From assembly GCA_030770535.1 (NCBI GenBank), contig JASVEC010000002.1, positions 2,108,001 through 2,172,000 of the forward strand: a stretch of DNA of 64,000 nt, given 5' to 3'. Positions within the stretch are counted from its first letter, which is position 1. Every line of letters starts with the position of its first letter. This document shows positions 52,871 through 64,000 of the stretch, in pieces. The translations under genes were made by a program, and so were the position numbers. The notes beneath the pieces were generated by a model that saw only the letters and a list, made by a program, of their open reading frames with translations, was not told the origin of the DNA and made no database searches. The stretch comes from Batkoa obscura (lineage: Eukaryota).

Positions 52871-54198
52871 ATGAATCTAACCTCACTAAAACTCTATTTC
52901 CTTCATCTAAAGAGCCATATCAGCTGGTTAGAGCTAAGCGGTAGTTTAGGGGATTTAGGTACCCTGATCCCGATTCTTATCACACTTTCAAAAAGCAACC
53001 AGATCTCTTTATCCTCCTCCCTATTCTTCGGAGGCCTATGGAATATCCTGACCGGATTGATATTTAAGATTCCTATGTGTGTTCAGCCCATGAAAGGTAA
53101 TCTTACTTTTAACTTTTATATCTTTACTTACAATTTCTAGCCATTGCTGCTTCTGCATTGACTAATAAACTAACATTACCTGAAGTGATGTCAGCTGGGC
53201 TATTCGTATCGAGTGTGGTAGCTTTTTTAGGCCTGAGTCGAACCTTAGGCTACCTTAACAAATTCATTCCATTACCAGTGATCAGGGGTATTCAGTTAGG
53301 TGCTGGGCTATTATTAAGTATAAAAGCATGTGAAATGACTCAAACTTTATCCTTTGTACCACCACTATCATGGGCCAATAACTATTATTATTTCATCGTT
53401 TGTTTCTTTTTGGTTTTTCTGTTTTACTTTAACTTAAGAATCCCCTCCGCCTTTATCTTATTCACCCTAGGTCTATTTTTAACAATATTATACATGGCTT
53501 TAAACCATATTCAAGGTCCTTATTTTTCTTTATTCAATCCTGCTGTTACTGTACCATCTAGCACCGAATTCAAAAATGGTATTATTAAAGCAGGTTTAGG
53601 TCAACTGCCTTTAACCTTGTTGAACTCAGTAATTGCTTTAGCCGCTTTAGCTGATGACTTGTTCCCCAATAAAGCACCTCACTCGATCAATCACATTGCC
53701 ATCAGTGTGGGCGCCATGAACTTAATCGGCTGCTTTTTTGGGTCAGTGCCTTATTGTCATGGCTCTGGTGGTTTAGCTGGACAATATCGATTCGGCGCCC
53801 GCTCTGAAGTTAGCATCATTGTTCTGGGGGTTATTAAGCTATTATTAGGATTAATATTAGGAGATAGTCTATTATCAAGTATCTCCAATTATCCCACCTC
53901 GATCCTAGCAGTATTGCTATTTGTATGTGGGTTAGAATTAAGTGCAGCAGCCAAGAATTTTAGTAGACATGAGGAGAAGGAAAGAAAAGATAGAGATTTT
54001 ACTGTGCTTTTGGTTACGTCCGCATTGCAGTTAGGATTTAAATCGGATGCTATTGGATTTTTGGGAGGCATGGTAGTGGCATATACTTTTATTATGCTGG
54101 ATGTAGTTAGTAATAGGAACAATAATAGTAGTGAGTGGATCCCTAGTCCAGCCAGTGTTGAAGAAGAGTTGAACAGTGAATCATTTAGTATTAAATAA
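52871..54198 (+). CDS. Molybdate transporter, MOT1 family; 1 intron
   Basis: ELSGSLGDLGTLIP, PMCVQPMKAIA, QLPLTLLNSVIA, PYCHGSGGLAGQYRFGARS. Confidence 0.92.
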
Positions 54199-54533
54199 AA
54201 TGAATATTGATTTTAATTAATTTAATTAAGTGTTAAATTAAATCATAACAATGCAGTTTATTTTATTTTCGAATATTACAGTCAATACACAAATTAGCTT
54301 GTATGAATTACATAATAAATTAAATTTAGTTTAAAAAAAGGGAATTAAAAGTTTGACCAATTAATTTTAGTTAAAGTCTAACTTAAAATAGTAAATTTTA
54401 TGATTTCAAGATGATGGCCAACCTCGGTAGATTTGATTTGCTTTTATTAAGATTCCGTCATTTTTACCTAACTACAAGAAAACTCTATAAAAGTGGTGAA
54501 AATTCATAAAAATTTATTAAATCAAGTTTGAAA

Positions 54534-55412
54534 ATGGATCACTCTAATGGCTTGGAAAGATGTAATTGTGGAAGATGGTGGAGACTAGTAAAATCATACT
54601 GGAAGGATTATATAATCCTAGTTATCTTCGGTGCTTTATCCATAGGCATGTATGTTGCTCCACCCGCTGGAACAAGGCTATTTACAGTAACTGATCCAAA
54701 CACTAATTCCCCTTTGCCATTGAATGAGAATACTGCCTACCCTATTAAGACTGAAATTGTTCCCCTTTGGTTAAGTGCTTTGCTTTCCTTTATTTTCTCT
54801 CTTGTCGCTTTCGCTGGTATCTTTATCAAAAAACGTTGTGCTGCTGATTTTATGGCTGGCTTGATGGGCTTATTCTTTTCATTAGCTGGTTCCTCTTTTT
54901 TCCAAGTAGTACTTAAATGGCTTATTGGTGGTGTACGTCCATTCTTTCTAGAGATGTGTAAACCAGACATGTCCAAAGTTCAAGGTCAAGGATTCAATCA
55001 TATTTATTTCGATCGTTCAATTTGCACTGGGGATTATAGAGATATCTCAGATGCTTTACAAAGTTTTCCAAGTGGTCATTCTAATGCAGCATGGGCTGGC
55101 TTACTATTTTTGTTCTTTTACTTGAATGGTAAATTAAAACTGTACTCTGATCGACAAGTTCCTTATTGGAAGTTGCTATTAGTTACTTCACCTATCCTTA
55201 TTGCATCAGTGATTTCTCTTACTCGTTTACTAGACTTTACCCATAATTGGTATGATATTTTAGCAGGGTCAATCATTGGTGCTATCTATTCAATAATCGC
55301 TTATCGTATGTTTTATAGGTCAATTTGGGATTATAGAACAAATCATATTCCTTTGGCTAAACTTAAGGAAGACTTACACTATAGCAAAGAAGCAGACAGT
55401 GGCCTAGCTTAA
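54534..55412 (+). CDS. PAP2-family lipid phosphate phosphatase (Dpp1/Lpp1-like)
   Basis: Three catalytic motifs: KWLIGGVRP, SFPSGHS, TRLLDFTHNWYD. Confidence 0.92.
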   Translation: MDHSNGLERCNCGRWWRLVKSYWKDYIILVIFGALSIGMYVAPPAGTRLFTVTDPNTNSPLPLNENTAYPIKTEIVPLWLSALLSFIFSLVAFAGIFIKKRCAADFMAGLMGLFFSLAGSSFFQVVLKWLIGGVRPFFLEMCKPDMSKVQGQGFNHIYFDRSICTGDYRDISDALQSFPSGHSNAAWAGLLFLFFYLNGKLKLYSDRQVPYWKLLLVTSPILIASVISLTRLLDFTHNWYDILAGSIIGAIYSIIAYRMFYRSIWDYRTNHIPLAKLKEDLHYSKEADSGLA

Positions 55413-55663
55413 CACTTATTTTGTAGTATAATAAATTTATAAATAATTTAATAAAATAAAATATAAATTAATAATAGTTAAAACTAGTTTATTTGCATTA
55501 AAACTTAATGCACCGCTAATTACTTTCAAAAACATATTCTACAGTTTGAATAAATCAAAGAGTACTTGATTAAAGATTTAATTTGTTTTTTTGGTAAAGC
55601 AATTCAAAAATATATCTAATAAATAAAATCTAAATTAATTTTATAAATAGCAAGCAATACAAT

Positions 55664-57745
55664 TTAAGTTTCATCTCCATGATTACTCTCTAGGAGAAGT
55701 TTAATTTTACTAACCGCCTCTTTAGGCAAATGATCAAAGATATCAATGCTTTTGTCTGTCGCCATAGAGACAATCAATCTACATAGAAACTTAGGTAAAC
55801 GGTTAGCTACCGCTGCCTGTCCAAGCAATAAAAATCCAGACTTAAACCAGCCAAATGAAGGTTGTAAATGAATCTCTTTTGTGTTGTATGAAAAACAGAT
55901 TGCCAGTTGGGTAGCAGTTGCATTACTTAAGCAATAAACTCTATACTGGTTACCGTACCTTAAAAACATTTTACCTCCTTTTTCTACTTGGGAGATAATA
56001 GACGAAGAGGTACTTTCTGATAGTTTATTAATTAGATCTAAGCAGGGTTGTGTTGAATTCGACTTAACAAAGGTACGTATCATTTCTATCCAAGAGCCAA
56101 GGAACAACACTCTTAAATTTATGACATAATTTTTCAGCAATGGAAGCTCACTACCGTACTTTTCATAAATATTATAAAAGTCCCTGGTCATCCGTTTATC
56201 CCAACGCTTATACTGAACATCAACCATATCCTTGATATAATTAATCATATTGATGTCGATCTCCTCAATACGATAAATAAGCCCACGTTGTAATGTATAT
56301 ATAAATGAAAGTTTATGAAACAATATAGCCATATGTTTAGTAAACATTAGCAGCAATTGACTCTGAAACAATAGGCTTGGATTGCACCTATCACACATAA
56401 TATCTCCTCTGGTATCTTTTGGGAAAGGTGAAGAACAATGGGCGAATTCTATACACCAAGGTCGATATAACCCGAAAGCAAATAGTTTGTTAAGGATGTA
56501 TATCCACCACCAGATTCTCGATCTCTTCTCAATAGTATCAGGCGGTAGGTATTTACTCGGTTTTATGTTGAGCCCTAAAGTATAGCCCATTCTAGTAGCA
56601 ATGCCTAAATAGATCCATCCTCTAGCATAATATTTTAAATCATACTCCAGATAAACCAGGATTAAAATAGCACAGATAATATCCAAACGATTTATATTAT
56701 AGCACTGCTTAACGTAATTCATAGTACGAGTTTCAAAATATTTAATCGTGGTATTTGAGCATCCTTTCAAAAACACAGCCCCACCATAACAGACAGCAGT
56801 GACCAAAATCAAAGAAGGTGGGGTTTTAGGGTCTAATAGGTCTTTCTTTGAAATGACTGGAAAGTAAGGATGTATATGTTCAAAGTAAGAATTCAAATAG
56901 ACTTGATAGTATTGAAATCTATTCACTTCCACTTTTTCATTTAAATCTAAAATATCCTCTTTAGAACTTGTATTTATCCTTTTTTTAATACTATTCAAAT
57001 ATATTGAGGTTTGTACTGTATGTAAAAACCCTTGAGAATTGCTGGCATTTCTTTCAAGTACTAGTTGTTGCTTTATCGTCTTTTGAAGCCCCTTATTTTT
57101 TAAATCCAATTTGAGCAACGAGTTTGTAAAAAAGTGATTAAAATGGGTGCGTGAAATTGACTTCAAGACCCTTAATTCTGTGTCTGCACGTATCGGGGTG
57201 TTCATGTAGTTTGTAAACTCAATCCATTTTGTTATTGGTATTCTAAAAAAATCAAACCCACTAGGCTTCTTGTTTAGTGAATTTAGCTGTGGAGCTAACC
57301 GGTTATGCATTGTAATCATGTCACTATTATCTTTAGATATTGTCATCTTTGTATTACCTAGTTTACCCTCTAAGCTATTCATCGTTCCAAGCTCATACCC
57401 CATTGGCATCAGTTTTGGATGCGCTTTTAACTTAACAGAGGAGGTCATATCCTTTATCCTTAACTTCGAGCCCTTTTTTATTTTCCTAGCTAAACAATAA
57501 ATTAATCAAACTACTAATAAAAATATCAACTTAGTGTTACCCGCCAAAGTCATTGGAATTTCTTCAAGATTATTTTCCACCACTCTCTTGATCCTGCCTC
57601 TCTTTTTAATGATGTAGTCATAGCTACATGTACTGTTCCTCTTTGAGCATCGGTTACATGGGAACTGTCGATCACATTTGACTCTACGAGTACGACACAA
57701 ATCGCATGGTTGATTATAATTTGAAGGTTGAACAGTTGGATCCAT
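55664..57745 (-). CDS. Zn(II)2Cys6 transcription factor with fungal-specific TF middle domain; 1 intron
   Basis: CDLCRTRRVKCDRQFPCNRCSKRNSTC in exon 1; YFEHIHPYFPVI, ATRMGYTLGLN, EKRSRIWWWIY in exon 2. Confidence 0.9.
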
Positions 57746-59283
57746 GCTATTTAAATTTGTACTTCAAGTTGATTTTATACTTTTTGGTTGGCTATGAGTT
57801 TGGCAGTTAAGAGATTTTAAGATTGGTAAATCAAGTAAAAAATCAGAAAAGATTATGAAAATAACATGAATTTTAGTAGTTGAGGTAGATACTAAGCTCT
57901 AAAATTAAATAAATTTGATAGTGGTAAATGAGTCAAGAAGTTATTAAATATTTGTTTTTTAATATTTAAATGGAGATACAAGTTATAAACAACTTAAACT
58001 AGACCTTTTATATCTTTGGTAATAATGCTAATTTAAGTAGAACTACTAAATTAAGTTTATTCATATTTTATAAGTGATTTGAAATAGTAGATTTTAATAG
58101 TTTATGGCAGGATATCGCTAAAACTATATAGTATAAATGCATCATTTTAAACAAAAATAATAAATTGCAATAAGGCCAATAAAAGTATATAATATTGAAC
58201 TGTAGTTAAAGTAAATGATATATCCTCATTTCAAAATATACTCACCCCAACAGTAGCATTCTAAATCCTCTATTCTTGATACGTCTCATTCATAGATTAT
58301 TCTTAATTCTAACAAATATACAAAGTTTACAAACAATATTAAGCCACCATTATACCAAAACCTATCTTCTTTTCAACATAAATGATCGTAAAATTAAGCC
58401 CTGTTTTAAGCTTTTGCACTTTAATTTTTAATAGTGATATTTAAACTATAATTGTCCAAGTAATGGTTTCGGGATTTTAATAAGCTTTACTATTTCATTT
58501 TTTTTATTTCAAAATTTATTTTGTTTTAGTGATCATTTTATTTGTAAATCATATTGATCATGGGCTTAAGTTATAATCTATGTTACGTCATCGAAATTAC
58601 CTTTTAGATTTTTGTTATAAAAAAAAGCTTAAAAGGGTATAACCCCTCAAATATTCTATAGCTATTCCAGCTCTTTTTCGATCTAATTAACTATTCATTA
58701 AAGAAAACACTTTGTGTTAAAATTAGCTCAAAAATTATACCGATCACACACTAAAAAATTGGCCAAACAAAGAGTTTTATAAAAGTTATTGCTAAAAAAG
58801 TCGTAAAATAGTTGCAACAGCTGTATTGAATCTTTGATTCAGTTATAGTATCAGGTAGATTTTTATATTCTATGGTTTTTATGAAGATTCAATAACGTGT
58901 AGCCATTCCAGTTATAAATGGCTACAATTTATAGAAATTGCATAAAAATCTGAGCATATAAAAACCTACTTAATATTGATCCATAATAATGATACAGATT
59001 TTTATAGCACTTGATTTGGCTCAGTAAAGCTTTAGTTTGACAATTTAGATAAATAATTCAATTTAATAAATTCCTATACAAAAAACAACACTAATGAAGT
59101 ATCCATTGGCTCATTGAAAAGCAATAAAAGTTGAACAAGCTAATTTTTAAACCCTTGCTTCTTTGTGCTTATGTGATATATATTGCTTAAGTATAATATT
59201 TTTTAAACTATTTAATTTTTGACTATTGATATATATTATCCCATAAATTTTAAACCTTAAAACTTGATATATTTATTTCAGTA

Positions 59284-59388
59284 TATGGGAGTGTCTTTTT
59301 TAACTTCATTATTTCTTCCATTTTTTAAGCGCTATCTAAGCGGAAAATTTGCTAACAAAATTCTTAAACACAAAAATACATCTCCATA
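59284..59388. mobile_element. ~105-bp MITE family copy
   Basis: TATGGGAGTGTCTTTTTT...AAAAATACATCTCCATA. Confidence 0.85.
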
Positions 59389-59578
59389 TGCTATTTAATT
59401 AATGTGTGAAATTAGAGTTTCACTGACAGATCAAATGCTGTATGTGAAAGTAGAACATTATAGCAAAAAAGAGGGAATAAATTAATTTATGAATGCTTAA
59501 TTAGTCTAGGTTTCTGTATGGTGGGTGCGGAGATAAGTACTAAAATAATGATTTAAATCCTCCGAATTTTTTTCACAA

Positions 59579-59678
59579 TATGGGAATGTATTTTGCTTAA
59601 GAATTTTAATAACAATCTTTCTGCTCAAATAGCGCTCAAAAAATGGGAAAAGTAATGAAATCAAAAAATATCATCATA
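59579..59678. mobile_element. ~105-bp MITE family copy (inverted relative to 59284 copy)
   Basis: TATGGGAATGTATTTTG...AGTAATGAAATCAAAAAATATCATCATA. Confidence 0.82.
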
Positions 59679-60171
59679 TGTTGCATATAACATCTTTGCC
59701 CAAAATTTCACTCATCGAGTTTTTGTCTTAAACCTTTCCTTTTCCAGATTAAAATTTTGAGATGAAAATATTATATAAGTGATAAAAGAAGGTGCAAATA
59801 TTATGACATTAAAGGTTGTGTTTAATGAATACTAATTTTGAAAATGCTTTAAAGAGATTTTGCACACTTTGCCACATTACTTAAGATTATTTGGAGCCTG
59901 CTCAAGTTTAAACCTAGATTCTTTGACTCATTTTATTTAACTTTGATGAAATTAATAAATGGTTTCAATATAATAAATAGATTATTAAGATTTTGCTTTA
60001 AATTTAAATAGATATCCGCTTAAGCGCCTGATAAAGTAATATGGATATAAAAAGTTATAAATTTAATATTTAAAGTAAAATTATAAATTGTTTTTTTTAA
60101 AAGTCAAATAATAAACATAACACCCAGTTATTTTTTACAATACTATATTAAATCTAGACATTAAATAAGCA

Positions 60172-60210
60172 TATGGGGATGTATTTTTTTGTTTAAGAAT
60201 ACATCCCCAT
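60172..60210. mobile_element. Internally deleted mini-MITE / palindrome
   Basis: ATGGGGATGTATT...AATACATCCCCAT, perfect 13-bp inverted repeat with family-type sequence. Confidence 0.7.
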
Positions 60211-60240
60211 TTTTAGTTTCGATATATAACATTTTCATTA

Positions 60241-60343
60241 AATGAGGATGTTTTTTTTGACTTTATCGCTTTTTCTATCTTTAAGCGCTATTTGAGTGGA
60301 AAAATTGTTAGTAAAATTCTTAAATATAAAAATACATTCCCAA
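60241..60343. mobile_element. ~105-bp MITE family copy
   Basis: ATGAGGATGTTTTTTTTGAC...TAAGCGCTATTTGAGTGGAAAAA...AAAAATACATTCCCA. Confidence 0.82.
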
Positions 60344-60966
60344 ATCATAGTTACAAAAAGAAAAAATTCCCTATTTGATTAAAAATTTCTTGCTATAGCC
60401 GTAATGTAATAAAAATACTGTATATTAAAACCATAATTTGTAAAACTAGCAAAAAAACAGGGATGGTGTTTTTATTTTTTATTTTTTATTTTTCAAAAGA
60501 ATCTAAGTTTAATTTAATTTAATCAATTTCTTTAAATAAAAAAACATACACTTTAATTTTTAATATTTATGCTTGATCTACCTTTTACAATAAATCAAAG
60601 TAAGGAAAAATGGACCTCAAATTAAAACTAACTTGTCTTACTGTACTATTTGTTGATATTTAGCAAGAAGATTGCTTGAATTAAAATTATACCTTTATTC
60701 TATTTATCCCAATTTTAGGTTTCAAAAATATTGTCAGTAGGTTTTAACATTTGTATATAAGTCATTAGAGTTTTTACATTTATCTTTATTTTTACGAAGT
60801 GCTTGAACTAGCTTCTCTATTAAACTAAATATGAAGTTACAAACACAGTATTTAATTTGACAATAATAAAGTTCTAACACGTTCTATTATAATAAAGAAG
60901 TAAGGATAAAAAGTTAATTATACTTTTATACATTATAAAAGCCGCATAATACATAAATGTTCATTA

Positions 60967-61070
60967 TATGGGGATATGTTTTTTTGTTTTAGAATTTTAC
61001 TAATAACTTTCTTACTCAAATAGCGCTTAAAAAAAGAGAAAGTAATGAAACCAAAAAAAACACTTCTATA
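60967..61070. mobile_element. ~105-bp MITE family copy
   Basis: TATGGGGATATGTTTTTTTGTTT...AGTAATGAAACCAAAAAAAACACTTCTATA. Confidence 0.82.
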
Positions 61071-62338
61071 TATTAATCATTTATAGTCAAATAATAATAA
61101 TCTCTAAGTCGATTGTCCATTTAGTATGTACTTTCCTAACCTTTATTAAACAAAGTGAATTGAATTATTAGCTAAACATATTGATAAGTATATTTCTAGT
61201 TTAAAATAATTTTTACTTTATAAATAATCTTTAGTTAAAAACAAAACAAGTGAGATTAATATTAAATATATTCATAAATAATCTCATCTTTTTTTAAAAA
61301 AGGATATTAGTTACAATAGAGATTTTCATTTTTGAGCTGTTTAATAGAAAAAATTCTATTTATTTTGCCTACAAACATAAATTCTTTAATGTAGAAATTT
61401 ACCTATTGCAATTGTATATTCCTTACATGCTTTTTACAAAAGAATGTGAAAGTGCTCAAGAAAATACCTACAATGAATATATAGTCATTGAAATGTTCTG
61501 TAAGTTTCACACTTTTAGTTCTATATTTGATGAAATAAGAATAAATGAAACAAAATAATACGATTAAATAGATATTTTTAAGCATTATTAAATTACTAAA
61601 TAAAAATCAAGCTCCTTAAAAAGTTAATTTAGATCTATTTAAAGTTGTAAATAGTATTATAACATTTTTCATTCGAATTTGACAACGATTCAACTATAAA
61701 ATTTTTTAATTTATTGTCCTGTAAATAGTTTAAATATTATATAAGACTTTAAATAGTATTTAATGAATGAATTTCTAGTAAAATTGGTTTTCACTGAATA
61801 AAATTCAGCATCTGGTTGAGGCTTTGATTGATTTTATTAATTTTATTTACTTACTCCTATTGTATTGAAAATATAACTAAAAACATAGAATTTATAAAAC
61901 ATTGAGCTGCTGATATATTCATTGTAATATTAGGTGTATTTTTTAAAACTGGTTCTTTGAGCTATCTAGTCTGGTATGTATCGATTTTAATCGTTCAATA
62001 CTATAAAATTTAAAAAGATTCATATTCTAGTAAAAAGTTAACTCATAAGCAAAATTTTACTAGATAAAAGTAAAAATATTATTCTAATTATTAATATGCT
62101 ATCTCATAATACTAGTTTTAATCATATAAATGATAACAAAATAACTATATAGACATTTTATTAAACTATATTATTAATAAGCATCAATAACAAACAAGAA
62201 AGCATTAAAAATGATTTTTTACTACAACAAAGCATATCATTGAAACCTGTATATGATTGGCTCAAGTGACGAGATCAAAGGGATGCTATTGATTTTTTAT
62301 AAAAAAATCATCCAAATTAAAAAGAATCTTTTTATATC

Positions 62339-64000
<1,662 letters not shown>

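Noticed and set aside
47725..57745. MFS + MOT1 + PAP2 + Zn2Cys6 as a metabolic gene cluster
   Set aside because: No backbone enzyme or shared pathway logic; adjacency alone is insufficient
59680..59930. Slightly GC-richer segment as a transposase remnant
   Set aside because: The frames I translated contain stops and no DDE or RT motif was recognisable

Overview
Very AT-rich eukaryotic genomic DNA with many short (mostly about 45-60 nt) spliceosomal introns and clearly fungal gene content (Zn2Cys6 factor, PMT4, MHR1, MDV1, NHP6). The style suggests an early-diverging fungus, possibly Conidiobolus-like Entomophthoromycotina; this is inference only. About 26 protein genes are supportable: housekeeping genes (RPL15, RPT1, RGP1, MDV1/CAF4, MHR1, POF1-like, PMT4, SHQ1, FAF1-like, NDUFAF5, VPS33, UTP21, NHP6, SMC3), transporters and enzymes, two transcription factors and three orphan secreted precursors with KR (Kex2-type) sites. 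There is also a decayed tandem copy of MHR1, a ~105-bp TA-flanked MITE family (about 15 copies) and a ~330-bp TIR element carrying internal telomere-like repeats. The most striking item is an intronless 815-aa ORF (49863-52310) with an MLKL-like architecture: N-terminal helical bundle, a pseudokinase with HKN/GFE in place of HRD/DFG, a low-complexity linker and SEL1-like repeats. It is a candidate necroptosis-like cell-death or immunity protein. Family calls come from motif recognition by eye, not database searches, and exon boundaries were inferred manually.
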